Shown: one piece after another, positions 37,567-47,896 of the stretch | Position numbering within the stretch: position 1 is the first letter of the stretch | Layout: the number at the start of each line of letters is the position of its first letter | NCBI GenBank assembly: GCA_049322955.1 | Contig: JBMOPU010000012.1 | Location: forward strand, 408,150-472,149 | Origin: Patescibacteria group bacterium | Lineage (GTDB): Bacteria > Patescibacteriota > Microgenomatia > UBA10105 > UBA927 | Reading direction: 5' to 3' | DNA length: 64,000 nucleotides | Made by a program: the position numbers and the translations under genes | Notes under the pieces: generated by a model | Seen by the model: the letters and a program-made list of their open reading frames with translations, nothing else | Told to the model about the DNA's origin: nothing | The model's database searches: none

Positions 37567-39327
37567 ATGCACGAAACAGTACGGCAAACCTCATTACCCG
37601 AAACGCGGCACCATCCCGTATCAGACCTGCAAGAAGTAATGGTGCATGAGAAGGTGGAGCGTGACGGTGATGCCGATAGGATTGCCGTCGACTTTACGAT
37701 TGGAGGAATCGATCCGGAATCCGCGCATGTCATGTTGGGTCCCTGGCACCCCTTCGCACAATCCCCGGTCATTAAAGACAATGATATCGGTTTGCCGGTG
37801 AAGATAACCGACGTGATAAAACCCCGTACCACAATTCCCGGTATAGAGCCCAACGGCGGTGGTGAATGCCATACGGATTGTCGTGTTGCATATAATTTCG
37901 CAATATTCGAAACGGAAAAGAAAAAAAAGATTCTTGTCGGAGTGATGCCGGATTTTGTATCAACCAACCGCATTTTTATCAGGAAAGGTGATGGGCATAG
38001 CATGAAGGTGCATTTGGAAAATGCAACACCCGGGGTATTTCGCAAGGGAAAAAGGGAACTACGGTATATTGTGGTCGAAGGCGACAGATATATAGACGTG
38101 CTTAACGAATACAGTAAAAAAATAGACGAGTACAATCCGGTGAAAACACGAAGCAGATTAGACGGAGCGGCACTCGCCTGTACATGGGATTGGGCGGGTA
38201 AATACGTTTCTGAAGATGCGGTGGTTAAAGAGATCGAAGCGATAAAGGTACTGCATGAAGAGTTGAAACGGGATCCCGAATATAAGCCGTCATATAAAAT
38301 CGACGGATTAATTTTGGATGACGGTTGGCAGTTCGGTCACGAGTACAATGCACAAAATGTTAATACCAATAAATTTCCTCACGGCCTTCGGCCGATTATT
38401 GAGGCTATTCAATCCGCAGGAATGGAAGCCGGTATATGGATGGCACCGTTTTTTAAATCGGAAACATCACCGCTTCTACGGGATCATCCCGATTATTTTT
38501 TGCGGGACGAGAACGGATCATTTGTCAGGTATAAAGTCCGGCAATCGATTCATGAAGATGACCGGCATGGGCGCTGGGCATACTCTGAGTACCCGATGAT
38601 TCTGGATATTTCCGTTCCGGAGGTGCGAGAGCATATCATGACCGATATTAAGTCGCACTATGACATGGGCGTGCGTCTGTTTAAATTGGATTTTCTCTCG
38701 GCGGTATTTTCCCATCCGCTCAAAAACAGGGATAAAACAACCGTTGAATATTATCGCGATTTTTTTGGCAATGTACGGAACGTATTCCCGGAGGCAAAAT
38801 TTATCGGATGCACTCTGCCGCTTACCGAAAGCCTTGGGTTGTTTGATGCCATGCGGGTGAGCAACGATAGTATTATCCCGAGTAAAGGGTTCGGCACCAA
38901 ACACGTATGGGGGAGAATTATATCTTTATTGTCGCTTACGGATATCGCAAAAAAATCAAACGGGCTTATGTATAAAGACATGGTACTAAAAAGTGCCTTG
39001 CGGTCAACGATGCTTGGGAAGAATACGTGCGCCGCAGTGGACGGAGTGCATTGGGATGATAAAGAAAACCCCATCGATACAAGCGTCTTTGCGAATGCAA
39101 ACGAGCTGATACGGATGATAAACACGAAAGATTCTCAGGCGGTTCATTTTATCGGCGGTTCGATAAGCCATCTGGACAACCGCGAGAGAGCGGTCTTTGT
39201 ATCATTACTTAAAAGCATGCAGGAAAAAGAGGCAAAACGACTTATGGAAATTGATGAGCTACAGCAGATCGTGGGGGAGTTCTATAAACCGCCCTGGCTG
39301 GTATATGCATTGGGATCGACAACATAG
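37567..39327 (+). CDS. glycoside hydrolase clan GH-D (alpha-galactosidase/melibiase-like)
   Basis: IDGLILDDGWQ catalytic-region motif, WMAPF, KLDFL. The true start may be an internal Met. Confidence 0.5.
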   Translation: MHETVRQTSLPETRHHPVSDLQEVMVHEKVERDGDADRIAVDFTIGGIDPESAHVMLGPWHPFAQSPVIKDNDIGLPVKITDVIKPRTTIPGIEPNGGGECHTDCRVAYNFAIFETEKKKKILVGVMPDFVSTNRIFIRKGDGHSMKVHLENATPGVFRKGKRELRYIVVEGDRYIDVLNEYSKKIDEYNPVKTRSRLDGAALACTWDWAGKYVSEDAVVKEIEAIKVLHEELKRDPEYKPSYKIDGLILDDGWQFGHEYNAQNVNTNKFPHGLRPIIEAIQSAGMEAGIWMAPFFKSETSPLLRDHPDYFLRDENGSFVRYKVRQSIHEDDRHGRWAYSEYPMILDISVPEVREHIMTDIKSHYDMGVRLFKLDFLSAVFSHPLKNRDKTTVEYYRDFFGNVRNVFPEAKFIGCTLPLTESLGLFDAMRVSNDSIIPSKGFGTKHVWGRIISLLSLTDIAKKSNGLMYKDMVLKSALRSTMLGKNTCAAVDGVHWDDKENPIDTSVFANANELIRMINTKDSQAVHFIGGSISHLDNRERAVFVSLLKSMQEKEAKRLMEIDELQQIVGEFYKPPWLVYALGSTT

Positions 39328-39403
39328 GCGGTAGCGGCAGAGTATAAAAATACCGCCTCGCGGCGGTATTTTTTATATTGCAATTTTGTTATTGCAACCG
39401 ATA

Positions 39404-39904
39404 TTACTGGAACGTAAAGGTTGCACTGCAACTTGACGTTGCATTCAGATCATCGGTCAACTTGACGTCGACCACCGTCGGAACGTTTGCCGAAAGCTCA
39501 ACGGGTTTTGTCGTACAACGGAAAGTAGCACCTCCGCGGGCGGGCGCATCCGTAAGCGGACTGCTTACCGTGGTCTTACTTACTACTTTGCCATCCACGC
39601 TTGCGGTGAATTCACAGGTGACTTTTTTGGCTTCAGATACGTCACCGCCTTCGACGGACAAATAGTAGTCGGGAAATCCAACACGGGGATTATAGTATTG
39701 CTGATCACATCCGAGTTTGGAAATAGGTCCGGGAGTCGGCGATACCATAGCCTCCTGTTGCGTCGGGGTCTCGACCATTGCGGGTTTGGTTCCCTTGGAT
39801 CGGAAGTACCATGCACCGCCGACAACGGCAACCACCAATACAGCCCCCATAACATAGGTCATCATGGACGGGGTTTCCATGGACTCTGAAGATTTATTTT
39901 CCAT
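39404..39904 (-). CDS. hypothetical membrane-anchored protein
   Basis: Start MENKSSE (ATG at 39904). The ORF-track N-terminus overlaps tRNA-Tyr and is trimmed. Confidence 0.4.
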   Translation of the reverse strand: MENKSSESMETPSMMTYVMGAVLVVAVVGGAWYFRSKGTKPAMVETPTQQEAMVSPTPGPISKLGCDQQYYNPRVGFPDYYLSVEGGDVSEAKKVTCEFTASVDGKVVSKTTVSSPLTDAPARGGATFRCTTKPVELSANVPTVVDVKLTDDLNATSSCSATFTFQ

Positions 39905-40017
39905 ATATATCCAGTATAGGAAAAACAAGGCGAGTTGCAAGAGGTGAGTTACTGGGGAAAGGGGATTCCTGACGATTTTTAGAGCGAAAATCAATCCTGC
40001 CGTGGCGGGAACTTGGG

Positions 40018-40102
40018 TGCTGAGGCCAAGATTCGAACTTGGGTAGGCCTGTCGGCCGACAGTTTTACAGACTGTTGTGATTGTCCACTCCACCACCTCA
40101 GC
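40018..40102 (-). tRNA. tRNA-Tyr (anticodon GTA), type II with long variable arm
   Basis: Manual fold: acceptor GCTGAGG/CCTCAGC, anticodon arm ACAGT-CTGTAAA-ACTGT, variable stem GGCC-GACA-GGCC, T-arm CCAAG-TTCGAAT-CTTGG. 85 nt. Confidence 0.8.
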
Positions 40103-40239
40103 TACTTATTAACTTGTGAAATTCGTTTTGTCTCTGTTTCATCCTTGTGGAGCAAGGAAGCGACTTCTGAGACACCCACGTATTATAAACTATTCGGTGA
40201 CGGGTGGGAATTAGCTATATCACGTGTCATAATACCCGT

Positions 40240-40557
40240 ATGACCTCCGGAAAACGTCTGTTGAACAAAGTCGCACCATATGCCACATTGCTCCACGGCA
40301 TAAGTAATCCGTATCGGTTGGCCATAGTGTACCTCCTTGCCCATGAATCGCTCTGGCCGGAAGATATCGCCACCATGATTCCCATTCCGCAAAACCTCGT
40401 GGCGCATCATCTCAAAATACTCCTTGCCACTGGCTGGGTAAGGAAACGACGCATCGGCAACCATGTCATGTATGCTCTGCAAAAGAAGGCGTTTAAGGAA
40501 TTGCCGAAACTCCTGGTCGACACGCCGTTTTGGCGAGAACATATAAAGCCGATATAA
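40240..40557 (+). CDS. ArsR/SmtB-family transcriptional regulator
   Basis: Winged HTH: LSNPYRLAIVYLLAHESLWPEDIATMIPIPQNLVAHHLKILLATGWV. Confidence 0.55.
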   Translation: MTSGKRLLNKVAPYATLLHGISNPYRLAIVYLLAHESLWPEDIATMIPIPQNLVAHHLKILLATGWVRKRRIGNHVMYALQKKAFKELPKLLVDTPFWREHIKPI

Positions 40558-40565
40558 TACTCCGT

Positions 40566-41447
40566 ATGGAACATCCAGGATTACAATTATCCAAAGAGGC
40601 AATGCACGCACAAACGCTTGATCTCCTCTTGCAGAAGGCAACACCCGAGCGACGGAGTATCGGAGAAAAACTTCGGGAAAAATCTTGGTTTAAGGCCTCT
40701 GATCCCGAATTGCAAAAACAATTGCTGACGCTTCCCGACAAAGGCAAAGCAAACCATGACGGATTTCTTGAGGATCTTGCCAATCGTCCCGACGAACTTT
40801 CCGATATAAAAATAGAACGGATGGTTGCGCTTCCGCGCGGCTCATTTGCTTTGGTGCCGAAATTTGAGGTGTCGAAAAAAGATAATCCGTCCATGCGTTA
40901 CACTTACGAATATGTGAGTTGGAGAAACGGACCCTTGAGTGGCGAAAAGGGAGTGGTGTTTGTCGAAAACGGAGGGAAAACCACGCATTTTATCGTATTG
41001 CGGGGAGAAAAATTCGCAACCGGCAAACCGTCATGGGATTCCGTAGGGGGATTTTCGGATTTAGGGGTTGACGGAGTAACCAAACTCGACGAGCGTACCG
41101 CCAAAGAGATTCAGGAAGAACTAGGGATAGCGGATATAAAGGTGAACCGCAAAGTATCGTTAGGCAAGGTAAATCCCGATGTGGGGATGACGAACAACGA
41201 GCCGAATTTGTTTGCGGCATTTATCGATGGCGATATGGCCAGCAAGATAAAGCAAAAACCCATTAACGGTGATATCTATGAACTCAAAAGCGGGGCGGTA
41301 GTCTTTCCCATCGACCAATTGCCGAATGTCGTGATGACCAATACGGACGGCTATTTTCTTTCTACCATCGCCCGCGCATGGGCAAAAGGGATTATCGCCC
41401 CCCCGAGCGGCGTAAGCGGAAAACAAGTGGGCTTTTCCCCGAACTAA
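40566..41447 (+). CDS. NUDIX hydrolase family protein
   Basis: Nudix box GGFSDLGVDGVTKLDERTAKEIQEELGI (REx2EExGU-like). Confidence 0.5.
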   Translation: MEHPGLQLSKEAMHAQTLDLLLQKATPERRSIGEKLREKSWFKASDPELQKQLLTLPDKGKANHDGFLEDLANRPDELSDIKIERMVALPRGSFALVPKFEVSKKDNPSMRYTYEYVSWRNGPLSGEKGVVFVENGGKTTHFIVLRGEKFATGKPSWDSVGGFSDLGVDGVTKLDERTAKEIQEELGIADIKVNRKVSLGKVNPDVGMTNNEPNLFAAFIDGDMASKIKQKPINGDIYELKSGAVVFPIDQLPNVVMTNTDGYFLSTIARAWAKGIIAPPSGVSGKQVGFSPN

Positions 41448-41462
41448 TTCGCTCTATCATTG

Positions 41463-41534
41463 AGCCGCCTGTCAGGATCGGACTGACGACCTACTGTTTA
41501 CAAAACAGTTGCTCTACCACTGAGCTAAGGCGGC
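41463..41534 (-). tRNA. tRNA-Thr (anticodon TGT)
   Basis: Manual fold: acceptor GCCGCCT/AGGCGGC, D-arm GCTC-AGTGGTA-GAGC, anticodon arm ACTGT-TTTGTAA-ACAGT, T-arm GTCAG-TCCGATC-CTGAC. 72 nt. Confidence 0.85.
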
Positions 41535-42231
41535 CTCATAGCAGATCGTAACACCCGTTACATCGAATAGCTGTTCTTACACAATGTCACCATGTAACGA
41601 TTGCACGATCCAACTTCCTATGATTTTACCAAAGCAATTGAGAATAGGGAACTACAGGAGTTACGAATAGAGAAGAAAAATAAGTACTGCCGCGTGTCGA
41701 GTCGAAGTATTTTCCCCGATTGATGTAATCGGAAGGACTGCCTTTGCACCCTCAGGTGAAAAGGACTTTGTCCTGTGACTCTCTAAGGAAATCAAAGAGA
41801 GCATACCTCAAATGTTAAGATTCTGTGGAGGAAAATAATCTTCTACTCCACACGGGCATATCTATCGTAGGAAACTTGTACGGCATTGTCAAGTGTCCGG
41901 AACCGTCAGAAAGCGAGGAAGCTTATGAGGGTAATAATCGCCATCGTGTGCGACAAAAACATAATCCAGGTGAGTTTTTCATGCAATGGGGTTGCCTCCC
42001 ATGCGGCATCAAAATATTTTGTCCAGACAAGCTGGTTGAATCGCACGCCAAGCACGATCGTGCGCCCCGTAGGGGCGATGACGGTGCGATGAAAGTGTCG
42101 CAGTGCGCTTGCCATATGCCCGTAGTGTAGCGGGCAACGGGAGCTAACCGTTATGCATCACGATGATGCACTTCTATACGGTTAGGTATTTCACAAAATC
42201 CTGAGGTTACCGGCAGTATGCCAGATTGGCA

Positions 42232-42783
42232 TTATTTTGCCATATCGCGGTCAATGAGGCTTCTCAAGTACACCGACTTCGGTACCCGATTTTTCTTGCC
42301 TTGTTTGGCGAGGTATGCCGCCTGCTTACTCGAAATAAAGAAGGTGAATCGGGTATCAGATTCACCGCGAACGAACTGCAGAAAGTCGGCAATAATGACC
42401 GGAAGCGATTCCGGCGTATATTTCTCGCTGACGATCTTTTCGTTCTCGTGGTAGGCAAAAAGACTTGGCGGATCGCCTTCACTGTACAGAATAAGGACTG
42501 GCTTGCCGCGATCAAGCGCCATGCTTATTTCGTAACCCACGCTGATTGACGGAAAACTTGTTTCTGCGACAAGGAAGTCCGAGGAATTGATCGAATCCTC
42601 CAGTTTCTGATGAAACTTCAATCGCACATCTTTTGACTGCATTTGAATGTCTTTCTCGGAAACATTCAGGATATGTTCGTCCATAACCTCCACATTGCTT
42701 GCACGCAATATTTCGCCGATTTTCTGATAGTTCTTGAGATGAAATTTCCGTCCGACGATGGATGCGGTGAAATAAGCTTTCAT
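42232..42783 (-). CDS. nucleoside 2-deoxyribosyltransferase-like (NDT/Rcl fold) protein with extra C-terminal segment
   Basis: MKAYFTASIVG start and SDFLVAETSFPSISVGYEISMALDRGKPVLILY match the NDT consensus (kiYlAG ... D.GTafElGyA.algKPv). Confidence 0.5.
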   Translation of the reverse strand: MKAYFTASIVGRKFHLKNYQKIGEILRASNVEVMDEHILNVSEKDIQMQSKDVRLKFHQKLEDSINSSDFLVAETSFPSISVGYEISMALDRGKPVLILYSEGDPPSLFAYHENEKIVSEKYTPESLPVIIADFLQFVRGESDTRFTFFISSKQAAYLAKQGKKNRVPKSVYLRSLIDRDMAK

Positions 42784-42814
42784 ACTTGATAATGATCCTT
42801 TTGGCTATAGTATA

Positions 42815-44812
42815 TCATTGAGCGGCGGAATATGCTTCTTGGATAGCCGAATCAGAGTGATCATCTGCAAGACGGGAAATCGACTGTCTGAGTTTTTTTA
42901 GATCATTTCCCGCTATTATTCCGAGCTCAATAATTTTTTTCGCGGGAACAAGCACCACTTCACCAAGAGAATTATTGGCGGGAACAAACTGCGGAAGTGG
43001 CGATTTTTTTTGCTCAAAAAGCACCGACATATCACCAAAACTGCGGATGATCGAAAGGCCGAGACGGGAGACTCCGCCGATATGTTTTCCGCGTACCATA
43101 AGAACGGGAATCATGTCTCCGGTAAGAAAATAGGGCCAGAGCTTCAGGAATTCTTTCAAGTCGTCAAACGCAACATTTGTTTCTTCAGTGGACATGGGCT
43201 TATTCCCCGGCCTGTCGGTATCCATCTTGATAACCACGGGTATCGGTGTTCCGTCATGGCCAGGACTGGAATGAAGCAAAACGGAGTATCCCGTGAACAT
43301 CTCGCTGGCACTTGGGCGATCGAGATCACCCTGACCGAGGGCGATAAGAGGTTTCGATCCTATTTCATGGTCACCGGTAGCCAGATAGTGTTCAATATGA
43401 CGTGTCCCCGGTTCGTGACCGTACGTGATAGTGTCCAAAAAGAATGAATAGGCCACGATATGGAAGAAGTGATGAATAACCCGTCGATCTTTTGGATCCG
43501 CACTATTCACGTCAGTTCGCTTCCAAGCTCGAAAAAAGTGATTTACCATGGTAACAACAGGTTGATTTTCCGACGTATAGAGATCCCATAATCGCTCGGT
43601 GATGGCCACCAGTGAGGTTAACGAATCAATCCAGTTTGTTTGGAGATCCCGGAATGTTTTGCTACCCCGGCGTAATGTGCTGGTTTCCTCGATTCGTGTA
43701 AATACAGCATCTCTGTAAGCACGAAAGGAAAAAATACTTCCCTCGGCGGCAAGTGTTTCAAGAACGGCGGGAGTAAAGCCTCCGGAAGCAATGACAACAG
43801 GATGGGTGAGTACCGGAAGTGTATCCAAACCCGCATACAGATTACCCGTTTCTTTTTCGTACACTTCGATAGGGCTTACGATGGTAATATCCCGGGAAAG
43901 TTGTGACAATGCTTGTCTCTGTGCAATTTTTTGGATAATTCCTTCATAGAGTCCTTTGTCGGGAGCGACAACGGCGGCGTGATTTCGGGGAAGCGTGCGC
44001 CAAAATGCGCGAATTGATTGCAATTGTCTTTCCATGTGCGAATCGGCGGGAAATTCGGTTGCCAATGCTTCAATGTTGTCAAAAATATAGCCGAGCGTGG
44101 GAATATCACCATGGGCTTCTTCGTTTGCAAGTATTTGTCCGCGCCTGCCGCACGACGTGTGTTCGATAAGCGGTTCGACCAGGACGTGTTTTCCTTGGCG
44201 ACCGTAATGAATAAGGCGCTTAATGAGCGCGCTGGCAACGGGGTAAAACGCGTTTTTGGATGGGATATAATCAAACTCGATATCGCCGGCAAGCACCCTC
44301 CCCACATTGGCGATATCAACACCCATTGCTTCTCCTGATATTCCTTTATCAACACAGACCAAGACTCCAAAGAGCACATTGCCAGTTTCGGAACGTTGCC
44401 ATAATGACTTATCTTTTTTTTGTAACGATGCATATTTCCGATCGTTTATTTCACGGGCACGTGTATTTATCTGCATAATAATTTCCTGGGTAAGCGTACT
44501 GATTGCCGTTGCCCGTTTCGTGAATAGATCTTTGAGCGTGACAAGGTCTTGGGGCATGCCAAGGGTTTTTCCGAGGCTCGGCGGAAACGCCATATCCGTC
44601 AAGCCTTGCATATAGGTGGTGATAGCTTGTGCTATTGCGCGGGGATCGGTTGTACCATCGATGATTGTTTCTACCTTATTGAATGATTGCCTTGCAGTTT
44701 TTGGCATATGCCCGGAATACGACATGTGTATCAAAAAGGATTTTATTATACTCCTTATTGGCTGAAAGTTGAGCAAGTGACGTATCGGACGATTGATACG
44801 TAACGGCGGCAT
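42815..44812 (-). CDS. large hypothetical protein with beta-carbonic-anhydrase-like Cys/His/Cys pattern
   Basis: 665 aa. LVCVDKG...ANVGRVLAGDI...LIEHTSCGRRG resembles beta-CA CxDxR ... HxxCG zinc-site spacing, but the dyad Arg is missing. Alternative start MSYSGH at 44725. TATAAT-like element upstream. Confidence 0.45.
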   Translation of the reverse strand: MPPLRINRPIRHLLNFQPIRSIIKSFLIHMSYSGHMPKTARQSFNKVETIIDGTTDPRAIAQAITTYMQGLTDMAFPPSLGKTLGMPQDLVTLKDLFTKRATAISTLTQEIIMQINTRAREINDRKYASLQKKDKSLWQRSETGNVLFGVLVCVDKGISGEAMGVDIANVGRVLAGDIEFDYIPSKNAFYPVASALIKRLIHYGRQGKHVLVEPLIEHTSCGRRGQILANEEAHGDIPTLGYIFDNIEALATEFPADSHMERQLQSIRAFWRTLPRNHAAVVAPDKGLYEGIIQKIAQRQALSQLSRDITIVSPIEVYEKETGNLYAGLDTLPVLTHPVVIASGGFTPAVLETLAAEGSIFSFRAYRDAVFTRIEETSTLRRGSKTFRDLQTNWIDSLTSLVAITERLWDLYTSENQPVVTMVNHFFRAWKRTDVNSADPKDRRVIHHFFHIVAYSFFLDTITYGHEPGTRHIEHYLATGDHEIGSKPLIALGQGDLDRPSASEMFTGYSVLLHSSPGHDGTPIPVVIKMDTDRPGNKPMSTEETNVAFDDLKEFLKLWPYFLTGDMIPVLMVRGKHIGGVSRLGLSIIRSFGDMSVLFEQKKSPLPQFVPANNSLGEVVLVPAKKIIELGIIAGNDLKKLRQSISRLADDHSDSAIQEAYSAAQ

Positions 44813-44817
44813 ATTGC

Positions 44818-45030
44818 TTATTTTGGCACTTTTTTGTATGCTCTAGGCTTCTTATGTCTGCAGAACACGGCGGTCACGGTGCAAGCGGTGGGATTTTTTT
44901 CATAGAGGGCGTCAGCGAACCTGCTGAGGACGTCTGGAACAGTATTTTCGACATTTTTACCTTGTTTGTGGTGGGATTGCTCGCGATGTTCGATACCCGG
45001 GTAAAAAGCCAATCCCATGGCGGCGGTCAC
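44818..45030 (-). CDS. hypothetical small protein
   Basis: 70 aa ORF between the M50 protease gene and the large hypothetical. Confidence 0.25.
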   Translation of the reverse strand: MTAAMGLAFYPGIEHREQSHHKQGKNVENTVPDVLSRFADALYEKNPTACTVTAVFCRHKKPRAYKKVPK

Positions 45031-45680
45031 TAAATAACTCCGCTTGCTCCCGTGCCCGGAAGAAGGAGCGAAAGCAGAAAACTGATCACCGGTGAGATAA
45101 GGCGGCTGACCGGCGCCGTTCCTCCGAATACCGGAAACACCATAAAAAGCAAAAATATCATGCCGTAAGGCTCCAACTCATGCCATTGTCGGGCATATTC
45201 GGGAGGGAGTATGCCCTCGACGATTTTGAACCCGTCGAGCGGATGAATCGGGACCAGGTTAAACACGGCAAGAAACACATTGAGGATAATTACCGGCTGA
45301 ATGAGCACATAGGCAAGCATCGCGCCATCCGTCGAGAGCGCAAGCCGCAGAATGACGGATAACAGTGTGGCGAGCAGTATGTTTGATACCGGTCCTGCCA
45401 GGGAAATGATCGCGGCATCCCTTCTCGGATGGCGAAGATTAAACGGATCAAACTGTACGGGTTTGCCCCAGCCGAATCGCGCGATAAGAAGCATCAACGT
45501 TCCCAGCGGATCCAGATGTGCAAGCGGGTTGAGTGTGAGTCTCCCTTGGACTCTTGGAGTAGGGTCGCCAAGTCGATCTGCGGCATATGCATGAGCAAAT
45601 TCGTGGATCGTAATTGCCACCATCAGGGCGACCAACCAGGAGACGAATGCAAATGGATTGTTGAAGAGCTCACCCAACAT
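45030..45680 (-). CDS. site-2 protease family (peptidase M50) membrane metalloprotease
   Basis: HEFAHAYAA (HExxH) in a TM helix and the NLVPIHPLDG (LDG) motif. Start MLGELF. Confidence 0.6.
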   Translation of the reverse strand: MLGELFNNPFAFVSWLVALMVAITIHEFAHAYAADRLGDPTPRVQGRLTLNPLAHLDPLGTLMLLIARFGWGKPVQFDPFNLRHPRRDAAIISLAGPVSNILLATLLSVILRLALSTDGAMLAYVLIQPVIILNVFLAVFNLVPIHPLDGFKIVEGILPPEYARQWHELEPYGMIFLLFMVFPVFGGTAPVSRLISPVISFLLSLLLPGTGASGVI

Positions 45681-46058
45681 ATGGTATAGTATAGCCTCTA
45701 TGGCACTTAATTGCGATATCTGTAGTAAGCATGCGGTCTCAGGCGGCACCCACAAACATCATCGTGGAGTCGCGGGAGGTCAGTGGAAGCGACGGGCAAA
45801 TCACACAAAGCGAACTATCGGCGTTAATCTTCACTGGGTCACCATGTCCATAAACGGGACCATGACGCGTGTCCATGCCTGCACAAGCTGTATCAAGCGC
45901 GTGCGCTTCGACAATAAAAAGGCAACAGCAGTTGCAACCGCGTAAGTATATTCTTTTCCTTCAACCGTACCGCTGATCACGTCTTTTTTGTGCGGAAAAA
46001 TCGCCGTACAGACACAAGGCGAGCCTATCAAAATTGCGAAGAGTCTATGAATCCCGTC

Positions 46059-46364
46059 TTACTGTCCGGGTTGGCAGAGGAAGACCTGACACCCTTTGGC
46101 ATCATTTCCCAGTTTCCATTGTCCGTTACACTCGGACGGTTGGGGAAGCTTGCCGTTAAATGCCGCCAAGGGGTCGGGACAGGCAAGGCCGGCACGACTG
46201 CGAAGATCAAGGGCAACACCCTTCATCATGACGACAACAACGACAACCAAAACAAACGCAAGCGTCAAAAAGATAACAAAATTCCAGTTGCCCAAGTCCT
46301 TACCCATCTTGGTGGGGAGCGTTGCTTTTACTTTTGGGGTTGAGCGGACTTTTTTGCGGGCCAT
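46059..46364 (-). CDS. small membrane-anchored Cys-containing protein
   Basis: 101 aa, basic N-terminus, TM, Cys pairs. Confidence 0.3.
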   Translation of the reverse strand: MARKKVRSTPKVKATLPTKMGKDLGNWNFVIFLTLAFVLVVVVVVMMKGVALDLRSRAGLACPDPLAAFNGKLPQPSECNGQWKLGNDAKGCQVFLCQPGQ

Positions 46365-46418
46365 AAATAATTCCTCCTTAGGATCTATATCCAGACTACG
46401 GCAACCGCGTGAAATGTG

Positions 46419-47351
46419 TCAAGAGGCAAGGTAAGATTTACTGAATTGTTCCCATGTCACGGGATTTTTTCCTTCTAATTGAACTTTTTCGATAACCAGT
46501 CTGCCATTTGTTATCCGGAGTGCAAGGAGTTTTAACCGTTTCGGATCATGTAATGCTCCCGTATTACCACGTACGCTTGTTATTTTTGTCCAAAGTCCGG
46601 GCCACGGATGAAATGCACGATATTTTCGCTCGATACGTTCAGCATCGGTTCCCTCGCTCATTGCCGCGGCAATCGTGTCCCATGGTTCAAAACCGTCTTC
46701 TCTCTTGAGTCGCTTGGCATACGGCGGTTTTTCTTTTTCCTCGCGAACGGCTATGGGTTTTGCTTTGCCCGCAATATAGAGCGGCAGTAAGGAACAAAGC
46801 AAATCAGCGCCGATACCGAATAATTTTGTGCGTAATGGATCACTGGTATCTGCGGGTGTTATCGGTATCTTCTCCTGCGCATAGATTTCTCCCGCGTCAA
46901 ACATCGGGGAAAGAGTGACGACGGTCACGCCGATTTGATGATCGCCGCTTAAGATCGCCCAGGGAACGGGATCACCGCCGCGCCAGCGGGGGAGAATACT
47001 CGGGTGCACATTCAGTCCACCGTATCGCGCTCCTTGTATGGTGGATGCGGGAATCATCTGTCCGTAGGAAGCGGAAACGACAAGGTCCGGTTGTATGGGT
47101 TGGAGAGCATCAATAACCTGTTCTTCGTTTTCGTAAAGCCAGGGTTTTGTCTTGTCGGAGGCAAAGCTCAACACGGGAATCCTCTGTTCCGTTGCCCAGG
47201 TTTCCACCGGGGTAGGGGTGATCGTCTGATCGCGTCCGACGGGTCGTGCAGGCTGGGTAACCACCGCGGCAATAGTCACCTGAGAGAGTGCGGAGAGTTT
47301 TTCCAGCACGATCACCGAATCGCTGGTAGAGCCGAAGAAGAGAATGTTCAT
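46419..47351 (-). CDS. fmt: methionyl-tRNA formyltransferase
   Basis: N-terminal formyltransferase fold (ILFFGS...), HPSILPRWRG motif, C-terminal Fmt domain. Adjacent to def. Confidence 0.8.
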   Translation of the reverse strand: MNILFFGSTSDSVIVLEKLSALSQVTIAAVVTQPARPVGRDQTITPTPVETWATEQRIPVLSFASDKTKPWLYENEEQVIDALQPIQPDLVVSASYGQMIPASTIQGARYGGLNVHPSILPRWRGGDPVPWAILSGDHQIGVTVVTLSPMFDAGEIYAQEKIPITPADTSDPLRTKLFGIGADLLCSLLPLYIAGKAKPIAVREEKEKPPYAKRLKREDGFEPWDTIAAAMSEGTDAERIERKYRAFHPWPGLWTKITSVRGNTGALHDPKRLKLLALRITNGRLVIEKVQLEGKNPVTWEQFSKSYLAS

Positions 47352-47896
47352 TAGCGTAAAGGAATTTCCTCCAATACTTCTTCGCCGTTTTTATTTTCAA
47401 CAACCTGAAAGAGTTTTTCTTTTTGCTCGAGTACCCGTTGGGTGAACAAAATGCCGTTGATATGATCGGTTTCGTGTTGGATAATGGTTGCCAAAAAGCC
47501 GGAGAATTCTTCCTCGTGGGAAACTCCCTGCGCATCCTGATACCGGAGGGTGAGGGAAGCCGCCCGGTGTACATTGCCCCAGACATTGGGGATAGAAAGA
47601 CACCCCTCCAGTTTATTGGTTCGTTCCGGTATGCCGTCGGTGAGCGTTTCGGATTTATTGAGAATTTCCGGGTTGATGAACGCGCGAATTTTTGCTTTTG
47701 GTGTGGGTTTGGTGAGGAATACCCGCAGACTTACCCCCACCTGCGTCGCCGCCAGTCCGACCCCTTTGGGGTTGACGGTGGCAAGGAGTGTTTCTTCCAT
47801 ATCCTTGATGAGCTTTGCGAGCTTATCATCGAACGACGTGACGGGTTTTGCCGGAGTGACCAACACATCCTGAGGAACATGCACGATCGGTTTCAT
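47351..47896 (-). CDS. def: peptide deformylase
   Basis: GVGLAATQVG, EGCLSIP and QHETDH (HExxH) motifs. Confidence 0.8.
   Translation of the reverse strand: MKPIVHVPQDVLVTPAKPVTSFDDKLAKLIKDMEETLLATVNPKGVGLAATQVGVSLRVFLTKPTPKAKIRAFINPEILNKSETLTDGIPERTNKLEGCLSIPNVWGNVHRAASLTLRYQDAQGVSHEEEFSGFLATIIQHETDHINGILFTQRVLEQKEKLFQVVENKNGEEVLEEIPLR

Noticed and set aside
39404-40096. Full-length 230 aa ORF start
   Set aside because: The N-terminal 64 codons run through tRNA-Tyr. The start was moved to MENKSSE at 39904.
41825-42130. 101 aa plus-strand and 69 aa minus-strand ORFs in the tRNA-Thr-adjacent non-coding stretch
   Set aside because: They are mutually overlapping, have no RBS and no motifs. 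The region looks non-coding and structured.
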